Assembly (NCBI RefSeq): GCF_963921235.1 | Contig: NC_086108.1 | Location: forward strand, 48,796,001 to 48,860,000 | Reading direction: 5' to 3' | Origin: Mobula hypostoma | Taxonomy: Eukaryota | DNA: 64,000 nucleotides | Part shown: positions 24,868-38,678 of the stretch, piece by piece | Layout of the letters: every line of letters starts with the position of its first letter | Numbering within the stretch: the stretch's first letter is position 1 | Program-made: the position numbers and the translations under genes | Notes under the pieces: model-generated | What the model saw: only the letters and a program-made list of their open reading frames with translations | Database searches by the model: none | Told to the model about the DNA's origin: nothing

Positions 24868-25850
24868 TTCAAAGGTTCATTTATTATCGAAGTATCTAAC
24901 TGGAAATTCTTCTCCGGGTACCCATGAAACCAAGAACGAAAACAAAGGCAGCACAATCATCAGCCCCCAGAAATTCCCCCTCCCTGCACAAAAAATGGAA
25001 CAGGCACATCAACCCCCAAATCCCTCCTCCCACACAAACGAGACAAACAAAACGGAACAGGGACATCAAACCCCAAATCCCTCCTCCCATCCAAAAAACT
25101 GAATAAAACAGAGCAGGCACATCAACCCCCAAATCCCGCTCCCAACACAAAAAAAAACAAGAAAGATCAGGCAAAAAACACAGAATATAGAAGAAACAAT
25201 AAGACTTAAAAGAAGTCTGTAGTCCAAGTCCACATCCAAAATGCAGAAAGCCTGAGGAACACTCTGGGCCCACCAGCAGACCTTACCCTCTCCGTAACAG
25301 AGCCATGAAAAGACAGCCATCTGGCGCATACTCTCTGTACTCGCCCCGATGTTTCAATCTCCCTCTTCGGGAATCGGAGAACTATGGAAGCTTCAATTAG
25401 TGAAATGGAGTTGGACAGTGGCTCGCGCCCCACTCTACAGGCTTCTCACCACGAAATTTGCACACGCTGTTTGTGTTTCCTGGAATCCTCTGGGAGAGTA
25501 CAGATGCTGAAGCACCCAAACAACCTCAAAGCTTCCACATTTGCCTCAATGTTTCGATCTCCCTCATTGCTTTAATCAGCAAACAATGGAAGATTTAATC
25601 AGCGAAATGGAGTCGAACAGCGGCTTGCAGCCTGTCACCACGAGGTTGCCACGTGCTGTCTCTGCCTCCCAGAACCCTCTGAGAGACTGCAGAGGGCAAG
25701 AAGATCTAAACGATCTCCAAACAGCAAATCACAGGCTCCAGCAGTTCAAGAATCACATCCAAGAATGAAAACAAACAGAAAACACATAAAAGAAGTGTAA
25801 TATATGGTTTCAGGGTCTATCCAGGAGATGTTGGGCAAAGGAGCATTGTA
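24868..25850 (-). mobile_element. Non-autonomous LINE-tailed element with internal tandem repeats
   Basis: 3-4 copies of a ~55-60 bp unit (cacatcaacccccaaatccc) at about 24945-25150, plus a diverged ~190-bp internal duplication (about 25350-25530 vs 25550-25720). Confidence 0.5.
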
Positions 25851-26038
25851 CAGGGGTAAATCCTATCAAAAAATAAACATGTCATAAAAAGTCGATGAGA
25901 GATAGACTACTTTTGTCAGAATCACTGAAGGAAAAAAAACTATTCACGTTTATTGGAGCACACGAGACTGCAAATATTGGTAGCTGGAGCAACAGAAAAA
26001 ACACTGCCGGAATTAAACAAGTCAGGCAGTATCTATGA

Positions 26039-26541
26039 CAGACATCCCACCTCTCCTGGAAGTTCCGGGAGTCTCCTGCATATTAATAGTGGCTCCCTGA
26101 TGCCTGCAAATTATATACAATATCACAGAAATCAATTTTTTGAGAGCGAGTGAACGTGAGAAAGCAAGCGAGAGAGACCACAAGAGAGAGCACGAGAGAC
26201 CGCGAGCGAGAGCGCGCCATGGCAGAATGTTCCAAAAAAATATAAAATGTACGTCACCCCAGACTACACTAAAGTGCACCCCTGCCTAATAGGGGTCAAA
26301 AATAATGACAGTGTTTCTCGCTACGCTGTTTGCAACAGTGACTTTTCTGTTGCCCGTGGTGGGTTAAGACTGTAAAAGACATGTTGAGGTGAGTTTAACA
26401 GGTGTCATTCGTTCACTAGCATAGCTAACGTTATTTAAACTAGCTGGCCAGCTGCTAAGGAGCTACTCTATTGCAGACGTCCCACCTCTCCTGGGAGTCT
26501 CCTGCAAATTGGTGGTGCTACCTCCCTGAAATCAGTTTCTG
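26039..26541 (+). mobile_element. Short hAT-like DNA element with a BED-finger-like remnant
   Basis: Flanking CTATGA at 26033-26038 and 26542-26547; CAGA...TCTG ends; internal repeat of cagac.tcccacctctcctgg; remnant VCNSDFSVARGG..DCKRHVE followed by a GTGAGT donor. Confidence 0.6.
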
Positions 26542-26994
26542 CTATGAAGGAAAATGGACAGTCAGTGTTTCTGGTTGAGACTCTTCTTCTGAACTTTTAT
26601 CAGAGTTATTTCAATCGAATCGTAGGGATTAGACAAGAGATTCAATTTTACAAATACCTCACTTTTAAAAATGTAATTCTTATTTTCAAATTGGTTTGGA
26701 TAATGAAGAGTTAATAAATTTATACAAGTCTCTATTTTTGAAATGGTCTTTATTTTTTCTCTGTTTTTCCATTACAAATTTTCAGCCGACTCATCTATGT
26801 GAATATGATAAAGACATGCTTATTCCCAAGGACGTTAGACAAACATAGGCAATTTGCAAAGCTGACTGTATCATCCTTTGATAAGCTCTTGTGCAAACAG
26901 CCTTGCAACTCTGGACTTTTGAGACACTTTGGAAACTAATCTCTGAACTCTAGCCACTCCATGTTGTGATAAAGCTTTCCTTTTAAGATCGACA

Positions 26995-28205
26995 CCGATG
27001 CAGGGTTAGGCCAATTGGCCCATCAAGTCTGCTCCACCATTCCATCATGGCTGATTTATTATCCCTCTCAGCTCCATTCTTCTGCCTTCCCCCCATAACA
27101 TTTGATGCCCTGATTAATCAAGAACCTATCAACCTCTGCATTAAATCTACCCATTGAAGGTGTCCTGCATACTTGTCTGTGGCAATTAATTCCACAGATT
27201 CGCCACCCTCTGGCTAAAGAAATTTTTCCTCATCTCTGTTCTGAATGGACGTCCCTCAAATCTGAGGCTGTGCCCTCTGGTCCCAGACTCCCGCACTAGG
27301 GAAAACATCCTCTTGACATCCACTCTATCACATGTGTTGGGCATGTGGCCAAATGATTAAGGCGTTCGTCTAGTTACCTCAAGGTTGCTAGTTCGAGCCT
27401 CAGCTGTGGCAGCATGTTTGTGCCCCTGAGCAAGGCACTTAATTATACATTGCTCTAATCTGTGTGAGGAGTGGCACCCCACACAGACCTCCAATATGCG
27501 CCTTGTAAGGCATGAAAATGCCCGACACAGGCCTCTCATGGTCTGAGTTGATGTTCCCTCCCTATCTAGGCCATTCAATATCCGATAAGTTTCCATGAGG
27601 TCCCGTCTCATTTTTCTAAACTCCAGCAAATACAGGCGCAGAGCCAACAAATGCAGCTCCTATGTTAACGCTTTCATTCCTGGGATCATTCTTGTGAACC
27701 TCTGGACTCTCTCCAATGCCAGCACATCTTTTCTTAGAGAAGGGGCCCAAAACAGCTCACAACACCCCAAGTGTGATCTGACTGACTTATAAAGCCTCAG
27801 CATTATTTCCTTGCTGTTGTATTTTAATCCTCTCAAAATGAATGCTAACATTGCATTTGCCTTCCTTATCACCGACTCAGCCTGCAAGTTAACCTTTAGG
27901 GAATGCTGCATGAGGACTCCCAAGTCCCTTTAGAATTTTCTCCCAACTTAGAAAACAGTTCATGTCTTTATTCCTCCTGCCAAAGTGCATGACTATGCAC
28001 TTTCATACATTTTATCAGGTAAGATTTCCTTTTAAGGAAACCATGCTGACTTGGGCCTATGTTATCATCTGCCTTCAGTACCCTGAAACCGCATCCTTAA
28101 TAGTAGACTCCAACGTCTTTCCAACCCCTGAAGTCAGGAGAACTGGCTTATAATTTCCCTTCTGCTGCCTCACTCCTTTCTTAAAGAGTGGAGTGATATT
28201 TGCCA
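26995..28205 (-). mobile_element. CR1 LINE 3' fragment(s)
   Basis: LKVNLQAESVIRKANAMLAFI and FRKMRRDLMETYRILNGLDR. Confidence 0.85.
27330..27561 (+). mobile_element. tRNA-derived SINE
   Basis: A-box-like TGGCCAAATGA, B-box-like GTTCGAGCC and a CORE-like gtgcccctgagcaaggcactt. Flanking CTATC at 27325-27329 and 27562-27566. Confidence 0.75.
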
Positions 28206-28214
28206 TTTAAATAA

Positions 28215-31200
28215 TAATCTGCTCTTCCATTTTTTTTTTCCAAAGTGGATGATCTCGCATTTACCAACATTGTACTCCATCTGCCAGACCTTTGCCCACT
28301 CACTTAACCTATCTAAATCTCTCTGCAGACTCACCGTATCTTCCACTCAGTCCCCTCTTCCAGATCATTAATGTATATCGTGAACAGCACCGACTCCTGC
28401 AGTACACCGCTCACCACTGATTGCCAACCAGAGTAACACCCATGTATCCAAACTCTCTGCTCCCTATTAGTTAACCAATCCTCTAACCATGCTAATACAT
28501 CTTCCCCAACTCTATGCATTCTTATCTTATGGATAAGTCTTTTATGTGGAACCTTATCGAATACCTTCCGGAAATCCAAGTTAATAACCTCCATCTGTTC
28601 CCCTCTATCCACTGTGCTCATTATATCCTCAAAGAACTCCAATAAGCTTGTCACACAGGACCTGCCTTTGCTGAGTCCATGTTGTGTCTGCCTGATGAAT
28701 CCATTTCTTTCCAGATGCCTCACTATTTCTTCTTTAATAGCTTCAAGCATTTCCCCAAGTACAGATGTTAAACTAACTGGCCTATAGATACCTGCCTTTT
28801 GCCTACATCCTTTTTGAACAGTGGCGTGGCACTCGCCATCTTCCAATCCACCGAGTCCTGCCCAGAATCCAGAGAATTTTAATAAATTATCACCAAAGCC
28901 TCTATTATAACATCTGCCATTTCTTTCAGTACCCTGGGATGCATTCCATCAGGACCCGGGGACTTGTCTATCTTCAGGCCCACAAGTTTACTCAGCACTA
29001 TGCTTTAGTGATAGCTATTGTATCGAGGTCCCAACCTCCCAACACATCCATAACATCTCTTTGGCATGTCAGACGTGTCCTCTGACACCAAATAGTCATT
29101 GAAAGCCTCTGCCATTTCTTCATTACACAATACTAATTCCCCACCTCGTCCTCCAAGGAACCCATATTCACTTTAGCCACCCTTTTCTGCTTAATTATAA
29201 AAGCTCTTACTATCCATTTTTATATTTTGTGCTAGTTTATCTTCATAAACTAGCATTCCTTTCTTTATTGCTGGCTTAGTGTTTCTTTGTCGCCTTTTAA
29301 AGATTTCCCAATCTTCCAGTTTCCCATTACTCTTGGCGACTTTGTACGCACGAGCTTTTAGCTTGATGCCTTCTTTTACTTCCTTAGTTATCCAAGGCTG
29401 GCTCTCCCCACCCTCACTGTCTTTGCTTTTAACTGGAATATACTTTTATAAAGAATGGCGCCTAACAGCAACTCCTTTGCTTACATCTTCAGAAACAGCT
29501 CTATTTCTATCTTTAATCTCTCTATTTTCTCCCTTTCAGGGTTCCTTTGAAGAACCTGACCAGGAGTTATATGCTGACTTCGGTTCTTTGCAGGAACGGG
29601 ACCCACTCTCAGGATCTCACGACTGGCCGTTATTCGATATACCAAGGACGTGACCTAGAAGATTAGCTTGCCTTTGGAGTTCTGGGATTTTGTGGCGCTG
29701 AGGCGGAAGGACTCATGGTCAGTACCTCTGCGAGGATTTGGTGTGTCATGGGAGATGGAAAATTGAAAGCAGCAAGCTGGCTGTTGGCTGTGTGCCCAGA
29801 GACCTGAGTTCTTTGGGCATAGAGCTCGGGAAAAGCGACGCAATGGATTTTTAACATCGTAAATCAGCAAGTTGTTTGTTATGTCTCCCTTCTCACTATG
29901 AAATGGAGACATCTCTTTTTTCCCTTATTAGGGAGAGAGAGAGAGAGAGTCTGTGGTATGTTGAATACCAGGTGAGCGAGTAGTCTTTGGGGTACTGCAA
30001 TTCTATGTCTTTATTGATGCTTTGCTGCACGCTTGAGTGTTCGGTGGGGGGTGCCGATGCTTTTTTTTGCTGGTGGGGGAGGGGGGATTGTTGCTTTGCT
30101 GCTGCCTATGCGTGGGAGGAGGGAGCTGGGGGGGCTTTGGGGTTCTAACATTTAACTGTCATTCATTCTTTGGGGCACTCCTCTGTTTTCATGGATGGTT
30201 GCAAAGAAAAAACATTTCAGGATGTATATTGTATACATTTCTCTGACATTAAATGTACCTTTGAACCTTTTGTTGAGCACCATGAAAAATATCCTTGAAA
30301 GTCTTCCATGTCCTCATTATCCATCGATCAAACTATTGTACCCTCCATTTGTATGAGAAATTCACTCATACTGTGATCACTCTTTTCAAGAGGATCCCCA
30401 GCTACAAGATCACTAATTTTACCTGTGTCATTGCACAGGACCAGGTCTAAGATAGCATGTTCCCTTGAAGGTTCAGTAACATGCTGTTCAAGAAAGCCAT
30501 CATGGATGCATTCTATGAAGTACTCCTCAAGACTGCCTCGACCGACTTGATTCACCCAATCTATGTGCAAGTTGAAGTCCCCCATTATAACTGCTGTTCC
30601 ATTCTTACACGTCTCAGATATTTCTCTGTTTATTGCCTGTGCCACTGTAATGTTATTATTCAGTGGCCAAGAGACAACTCCCACCAGTGATTTATTTTCC
30701 CTTTACAATTACTAATCTCTACCCAGAGGGATTCAGCATTCTGCTCTTTAGATCTTATATTGTTTCTCACTATTGCCCTGAACTCATCTTTAATCGAGCG
30801 CTACCCCACCTCCCTTACCTTCCTGCCTATCCTTCCGTATTACCTGATATCCTTGGATATTTAATTCCCAATCCTCTCCACCCTGCAACCACGTCTCCGT
30901 AATGACCACTAAATACCCTTTGTATTGCTTTGTGCCACAAGTTCACTGACCTTGTTTTGAATTTGTCAGTTCAAAAAAATTAAGTGCCTTTACACTCATT
31001 ATGCTTTCAAAATCTTGTAATATTTTACTCTTTTGCACTTGACTTTTTTCACTCCACTTTTTATTTTCTCTTTTTATTCTTTTGCTTTTACTTTATCTTT
31101 ATCCACACATTTCTTTTTTACTTTATCCATACTTCTCCAATCTGTTGAACCCACCCCACCCCCCACTATTTTATTTAAAGCCCTATCCACAGCCCTAGTT

Positions 31201-31600
31201 ATGTGATTCGCTAGGATCTAGGTCCCATCACGGTTCAGGTGAAGCCCGTCCCATTGGTACAGCTCCCTCCTTCCCCAATACTGGTGCCAATTTCCCATGA
31301 AATCAAACTCACTTCTCCTACACCAATCCTTGAGCCACGCATTTACCTCTCTAATCTTCTTGACCCTATGTCAATTTGTATGTGGCTCAAGGATCGGTAA
31401 ATCCAGAGATTACCACCTTTTTGGTTCTGCCAAGCTGCTCAATTTAGTCCCTTGCTGCTCAAATTCCTTCAGCAGAACCTCTTTCCTCATTCTACCTATG
31501 TCATGGACCCCAACAACTGGATCTTTCCCCTCCCACTGCAGATTCCTCTGCAGGTCATATAAGATGTCCTGAACCCGCGTTCCAGGCAGGCAGCACAGAG
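28215..31600 (-). mobile_element. CR1 LINE (ORF1 remnant, APE, RT), internally deleted and degraded
   Basis: YRPVSLTSVLGEMLE..QHGLSKGRSCVTSLLEFFE..LDFRKVFDKVPH; VIMGDFNLHIDW..AILDLVL..SDH. Confidence 0.88.
29448..30270 (+). mobile_element. Non-autonomous LINE-tailed element inserted in CR1
   Basis: Interrupts CR1 at ACTTTT/TGTTGAGC and ends attaaatgtacctttgaacc; a second copy lies on the minus strand at about 63061-63610. Confidence 0.7.
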
Positions 31601-32209
31601 TATTTAAAGGTAAAGGGGAGAAGGCAGGAGAATGGGGTTGAGAGGGATAATAAATCAGCCATGACGGAATGGGAGAGCAGATTCAATGGGCTAATTAGCC
31701 TAATTCTGTTCCTATTTTTAATAGTTTTATGGTTTTATTTCAGTTTTCACCTGACACTGAAGTATAGTGTATATGAGGCTTAGCCTTGCTTTACCTCTCT
31801 GAGTAAATTTTTTGCAATATTTTTAATAGGTCCTCATGAGGGACAGTGGAAAGTTTTTTTTTGATAATGCTTATACAATGCTCCTTATTATACTAAAACA
31901 CTTATTTTGTTGGTCATTGTCCATACTTTTTGTTAAGAGGTTGTTGTTTAACTTGTATTTTACTAACTACGCAAAATACTAGTCTAGCTATAAGACAGCA
32001 CAGTGGTGCAGTTAGCAGAGCTGCTGTCTCACAAGAACACAAGAAAATTGGGATGGGGTAGTGTGATGGATATTCACTTCTCAGGACCCAAGGAGCTCAT
32101 TGCCGACCTCAGCCTCCTAACACAGCTGCATGACCTTCCTGAGGGTCAGGGTTGTTTTTGACAAAGTTAAACTTCTCATTAATATTCCTTGCTCAGCCTC
32201 TTGTTGTAA

Positions 32210-32598
32210 ACCATAAGACCATAAGATATAGGAGCAGAGGTAGGCCATTTAGCCCATCGAGTCTGCCCTGCCATTCAATCATGGCTGATCCAATTATTTC
32301 AGTCATCCCCACTCCCCTGCCTTCTCCCCATATCCTTTGATGCTGTGGCTAATCAAGAACCTATCTATCTCTGCCTTAACTGCACCCAATGACTTGGTTC
32401 CACAGCTGCTTGTGGCAACAAATTCCACAAATTTACCACCCTCTGACTAAAGTAGTTTCTCCGCATTTATGTTCTAAATGGACGTCCTTCAATCATGAAG
32501 TCGTGCCCTCTTGTCCTAGAATCCCCTATCATAGGAAATAACTTTGCCATATCTAATCTATTTAGGTCTTTTAACATTCGGAATGTTTCTGTGAGATC
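32210..32598 (-). mobile_element. CR1 3' end
   Basis: (CCATAAGA)n tail and 3' UTR like the copies starting at 34712 and 52220. Confidence 0.85.
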
Positions 32599-32599
32599 A

Positions 32600-33990
32600 A
32601 GTATCTTTTCAATATTTTTATTAATTGCTTGCATAGATGAATACAAAATACATTATAGTATTATGGAAACAGAAATAAGATTGAATTTCCCTATAACTAT
32701 GTATAGTTGTGTACATACATCTATGCTGTGTTTAAATTAACCATAATATTGAAAATGTATATTTTATTCTAATATAAAGCAAAATCAAAACCCCATAACA
32801 AAATAGAAAAAGAGAGAGAGAAAAAAACAGAAAAAAACAGGTGTTTGGTTGAAAGAAAAGAAAAAAAATCTCAGATATATAGTCGTAAATTCAAACATAT
32901 AGGTCCCCATAATGTGAAAAAATCTTGTCTCGGTATAGAAATAGAACACCTAATCTTCTCTAGGTTTAAACATGACATAACATCAATCAACCAATGGGCA
33001 TGAGTAGGCAGAGTGACATCTTTCCATTTAAGCAAAAGACTCTCCTGGCTAAAAGGGAAATAAAAGCCAAAATATGCAAATCATTCAGCTTAAGAGTAAA
33101 ATCATTTCCTCCAACAATGCCAACCAAGGCAGTCAGAGGTTTGGGTTTAAAGTTTACTTCAAAAAGCTCCGAGAAAGTTTGAAATAGTTCTTTCCAAAAT
33201 TTATTAAGCCGTGGGCGGGACCAAAACACATGAATTAGGGAGGCTGCTTTGACATTACACCTATTACAGTATGGAGAAAAATCTGAGTAAAAACAAGAGA
33301 GCTTATCTTTAGTCATATAGGCTCTATGAACCACTTTAAATTGTAAAAGAGAGTGGCGTGCACATAACGAAGAGGTGTGAACAAGTTTAAAAATTTCATT
33401 CCAAGTATCCTCATCAATTGAAATCTGTAGGTCATGTTCCCAGAGATCTTTAATTTTGTCTAACGGAATGTTTCTCAATGCCAACAACATACTATAAATA
33501 TTAGACATAGATTCATTATGAAAAAGTTTCAAGGTAAAAATTGTATCAATTAAATTCTTAACTGGACATTTAGGAAATGTATAAAGTTGAGAATTCAAGA
33601 AGTCTCTAATTTGTAAATATCTAAAAAGTGAGCTTTACGAAGATTATATTTAATAGATAGTTGATCAAATGAGGAAAGACTATTTCCAACAAACAAATTC
33701 TGAAAACATTTAATACCTAATCTATTCCACTCTTTAAAAACTACATCAGTCAAAGAAGGTTTAAAAAAAATTAGAAAAAATGGGACTAGAGAGTGAAAAA
33801 CCAAATAACCCAAAGAATTTTCTAAATTGTAACCAAATCCTCAAAAAATGTTTAACTACAAAATTATCAGTTAAATTACTTAAGGATAGAGGAATTGAAG
33901 AACCAAGAAGAGAAATAATAGAAAATTTATTAACAGAATTAACTTCTGAAGAAACCCAAACCAGACAGTCATTGTTGTAAACAAGTAAAC
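32600..33990 (-). mobile_element. L1-clade LINE 3' fragment, second subfamily
   Basis: WEHDLQISIDEDTW..SSLCARHSLLQFKVVHRAYMT..CNRC..SLIHVFWS. Confidence 0.85.
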
Positions 33991-34711
33991 AATGAGGTTC
34001 AGATTAAACTGTGTTTGAGCAAGAGAAAAACAATGAATAGAATTAAACAGTGCATTCACCTGGCCTGATAAAGGTATCTGAAAAATATCACATACAGATA
34101 ATATCAACTAGTAACAAAAGATTATAAATGAGTTTTAAATGTGTTGTAAGAACTATTAGTCTAACATTATTAAAAATAAAGTAAGCTGTATTGAAGCTAC
34201 TTCGTTAGCTGTAAGTTTCAACACCTTGGCAGGGGAGGGGGAACCCTCCACTCAAATGGAGGGTATTGATAACTGCACCTCACAGCAGAGACAGGAATGT
34301 AAACTAGTCTTTGATGAGTAGACTGAAAGAGTAAAATCTCCCTATAGTGAAGTTACCTGTAGATACCTATATCAGATAGGGCTTAAAATCTCCTTTTGAG
34401 TTCAGGACTTTGCAGGCGGAGAGCCCAATGCCATTTCAGTGGTATCGGGTTCCCTGCCACTCCATTTGATTATAACGGATCTATGCTGACATCAACTCCT
34501 CTTCTCTGCCAGTCCCCTGAAAGTCTCAATTCTACAATCTTTCAAATATTTGTCTATCCTTATCTTGACCATATCAAATTATTTGGCCTTCACCACTCTC
34601 TGGGTCAGAGACGTCCACTGAGAAAACAAATTTCTAAGCATCTAGTTTCATATAACCAGCCATTTATTGAGGAAAAAAGTCCCTTTTTTGTATCTCTCCC
34701 ATGAGTGAAAC

Positions 34712-36800
34712 CCATAAGACCATAAGAGCATAAGATGTAGGAGCAGAATTAGGCCATTTGGCCCATCAAGTCTGCTCTGCCATTCTATCATGGCTGATCC
34801 TTTTATCCCCTCCTCAGCCCCACTCCTCGGCCCTCTCCCCATAACCTTTGATACCGTGTCCAATCAAGAACCTATGAAGTTCTGCTTTAAGTGCACCCAA
34901 CAACCTGACCTCCACAGCTATCTGTGGTAACAAATTCCACAAATTCACCACCCTCTGGCTAAAGAAATTTCTCTGCATCTCTGTATTAAATGGATGCCCC
35001 TCTATCCTTAGGCTTTGCCTTCTTATCCTAGACTCTTCCACCATGGGAAACATCCTTTCCACATCTACTCTGTCTAGGCCTTTCAACATTTGAAAGGTTT
35101 CAATGAAATCCCCTCCTCATCCTTCTAAATTCCAGTGAGTACAGACCCAGAGGTATCAAACATTGCTCGTATGATAACCCTTTCATTCCTGGAACCATCC
35201 TTGTGAACCTCCTCTGAACCTTCTCCAATGCCAGCACAACTTTTCTTAAAAGAAGAGCCCAAAACTGTTCACAATACTCAAGGTGAGGCCTCACCAGTGC
35301 CTCACAAGCCCTCAGCATCACACCATTGCTCTTATATTCTAGACCTCTTGAAATGAATGCTAACATTGCATTTGCCTTCCTCACTGTTGACCTAACCTGC
35401 AAGTTAACCTTTAGAGTGTTCTGCACAAGGACTCCCAAGTCCCTTTGCATCTCAAATTTTTGGATTTTCTCCCCATTTGGAAAATAGTCTGTACATTTAT
35501 TTCAACGACCAAAGTGCATGACCATGCCGTTTCTGACAGTATATCATTTGCCATTCTCTTAATCTGTCTAAGTCCTTCTACAGCCTTCATGTTTCCTCAA
35601 CACTACCTGCTCCGCTACCAATCTTCATATCATCTGCAAACTTGCCATCAAAACTATCTATTCCATCATCTAAATCATTGATATGCAGCATAGAAACAAG
35701 TGGTCCCAACACTGACCCCGCGGAACACCACTAGTCATTGGCAGCCAACCAGAAAAGGATTCTTTTATTCCAACTCACTGCCTCCTACCAATCAGCCAAT
35801 GCTCTGTCAATGCCAGTAACTTTTCTGTAATACCATAGGCTCCTAACTTGGTAAACAGCCTCACATGTGGCACCTTGTCAAAGGCCTTCTGAGAGTCCAA
35901 ATATACAACATACACTGCATCCCCTTTATCTATCCTACTTGTAATCTCTCAAACAATTCCAAGAGGTTCATCAGGCAGGACTTCCCCTTAAGGAAACCTT
36001 GCTGAATTTATCCTATCCTGTCCTGTGTCACCAAGTACTCCATAACCTCATCTTTAACAATTGACTCCAACATCTTTCCAACCACTATGGTCAGGCTAAC
36101 TGATTTATAATTTCCTTTCTGCTGCCTCACTCCTTTCTTAAAGAGTGGAGTGACATTTGCAATTTTGCAGTCCTCCAGAACCATGCCAGAGTTCAATGAT
36201 TTTTGAAAGATCATTACTAATACTGGCACAATCTCTAACACTACCTCTTTCAGAATCCTGGGGTGCAGTTCATTTGGTCCAGGTGACGTATGTACCTTTA
36301 GGTCTTTCAGCTTTTTGAGCACCTTCTCCCTTGTAATAGTAACTGCACTCACTTCTCTTCCCTCATACCCTTCAACATCTAGCCCACTGCTAGTGTCTTC
36401 CACAGTGAAGACTGATGCAAAATACTCATTTATTTCATCAGCCATCTCCTTGTCCCCCATTATTATTACTCCAGCCTCATTTTCTAGTGAAGCACAGAAT
36501 CAAATATTGCTGTGATGATTGTACGTTCTGGTATCAATTGTTTGGTGACAATAAAGTATAAAGTATATCCTATATCCTCTCTCATCTCTCTTATTTTTTT
36601 TACATACGTGAAAAATGTTTTACTATCCACTTTGACCTTGTTTGCTAGCTTGCTTTCATATTTCATCTTTTCCCTCCTAATGATTCTTTTAGGTGTTCTC
36701 TATAGGGTTTTAAATGCTTCACAATCCTCTGACTTCCCACTAATTTTGCTTTGTTGTATGCCCTCTCTTTTACTTTTACATTAGCTTCGACTTCCCTCAA
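34712..36800 (-). mobile_element. CR1 LINE ORF2, degraded
   Basis: EMADEINEYFASVFT..SPGPNELHPRILKE..ANVTPLFKKG; LVRPHLEYCEQFW. Confidence 0.9.
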
Positions 36801-37714
36801 TATCTCAACATCTACCCTTTGGAGCCCCCTAGAGACAGAGTCATAAAGTCAGAGACCAATAAACCACAGATACAGGTCCTTTGGCCCAATGAATCCATAA
36901 GACCATAAGTAGTAAATGCAGAATTAGGCCATTCAGCCCAATATGCCTGTTTCACCACTTCATCTTGGCTATTCCATTTTCTCTCTCAACCAAATTCTCC
37001 TGCCTTCTCCCCATATCCGAATGCCTTATCCTTCATATCCTTCATGCTCTGATTAATCAAAAACCTATTAACCTCCACCTTAAATATAACCATTGGTCTG
37101 GCCTCCACAGCCAAATGCGGCAACAAATTCCACAGGTTCGCCACTTTCTGGCTAAAGAAACTCCTCCTCATCTCCATTCTAAATGGACATCCCTCTATTC
37201 TGAAGCTGTGCCCTCTAGTCCTTTCAAAATGAATGCTATCATTGCATTTGCCTTCCTCACCACTGACTCAACCTGCAAGTTGACCTTTAGCAAATTCTGC
37301 ACAAGGCCGCTCAAGTCCCTTTGCACCTCAGGTTTTTGAACTTTCTGCTCATTTACAAAATAGTCTATGCCTTTGTTCCTTCTGCTGAAGTGTATGACCT
37401 TACACTTCCAACACTGTATTTCATCTGTCACTTCTTTGCCCATTCTCCTAATCTAAGTCCTTCCTCCCTGCTTTTTCAACACTACCTGCCCCTCCACTTT
37501 GTATCGCCTGCAAACTTGACCTTAAGGTATGAATTCTGGCATCCAATTTGTTGACACATAATGTAAAAAGAAGCGATTCCAAAATTGACCTCTCTGGAAC
37601 ACCTCTAGTCATTGACAGCCAACCAGAAAAGGCTCCCTTTTTTACCTCTCTTTGCCTCTTACCAATCAATCAGTCCTCTGTACATCTTTCCTGTAATACC
37701 GCAGGTTCTTATTT

Positions 37715-37931
37715 TATTAAGATACAGTGTGGAATAGGCCCTTCCGGCCATTTGAGGCATGCTGTCCAGTAACCCACGATTTAACCCTTGCCTGATCACA
37801 GGACAATTTACAATGACCAATTAACGCACCAACCGGTACAAATTTGGACTACGAGAGGAAACCGTAGCACCCAGAGGAAACAACCTGGTCCCGGGGAGAA
37901 GCTATACACTCCCTACAGGCAGTGGCGGGAA
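37715..37931 (-). mobile_element. V-SINE/HE1-like SINE fragment
   Basis: ggact..gaggaaaccg.agcacccagaggaaac..ggggagaa is the reverse complement of a V-domain-like sequence. Confidence 0.6.
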
Positions 37932-38065
37932 GCAGCCTCGTGTGGCACCTTATCAGAGACCTTATGAAAATCCAAGTACAAAACATCCACCAATTCTCCT
38001 TTGTCTATCCTGCTTGTTATTTCCTCAAAAAATTCCAACAGATTTACCAGGTAAGACTTTACCCT

Positions 38066-38678
38066 CTTTCTACCCTGATGTTTCACCAGTTTGTAATAGA
38101 TGTAAATCTGTGAACAGTAACAATAATAGTAATTTGTCACATTCATTCTGGTCATGTTGTAAGCTTTATGCATACTGGAAAAGTATTTTTCACTGTTTCT
38201 CTGAGGCTTTTGGGAAGCGGTGGGAACCAGACCCGCTCATAGCCATCCTTGGAGCAACAAACTCCCCATCTTCAGCCAATATGTATGAAAAAATGGCTGT
38301 ATTGTTTGGAATGGTGATTTCTAAGAAGTTAATCCTGCAAATGTGGAAAATGGACTCTGTGCCTATGTACGATCTGTGACTGAGAGAACTGGCAAATACT
38401 TTACATTTGGAGAGACTGAGACTATGTAATGAGGACAGAGGGGACATCTTTGAAAGGATATGGGGTCCTGTATTGGACTTTCTTACGGGGTGAGGACTGA
38501 GGTTTTTTGGTGCAGTGCCCTTCTGCTATGTATGTTTACTTTTGTCTTTATATTTTTCTCCCTTTTGCTGCTCAATATTTAATTTGAATTAGTTATGGTT
38601 GTGGTTTTTGTGGATGTACTGTATTTTTTTTTGTTTTTTTGTTTATAATAAATAAATAAAAATTATATCTAAAAAAAA
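38066..38678 (+). mobile_element. L1 3' fragment, sister copy of 11465-13001
   Basis: FYPDVSPVCNRCKSVNSNNNSNLSHSFWSCCKLYAYWKSIF is identical to the other copy; A-rich tail. Confidence 0.92.

Noticed and set aside
24945..25150. Regularly spaced repeats superficially like a CRISPR array
   Set aside because: Degenerate minisatellite inside a eukaryotic retroposon, with no unique spacers or cas genes.
26786..26940. Plus-strand acceptor followed by a short open frame
   Set aside because: No recognisable protein similarity or convincing donor.
27330..27410. Possible tRNA gene
   Set aside because: The A/B boxes are the head of a TSD-flanked SINE; no intact cloverleaf.
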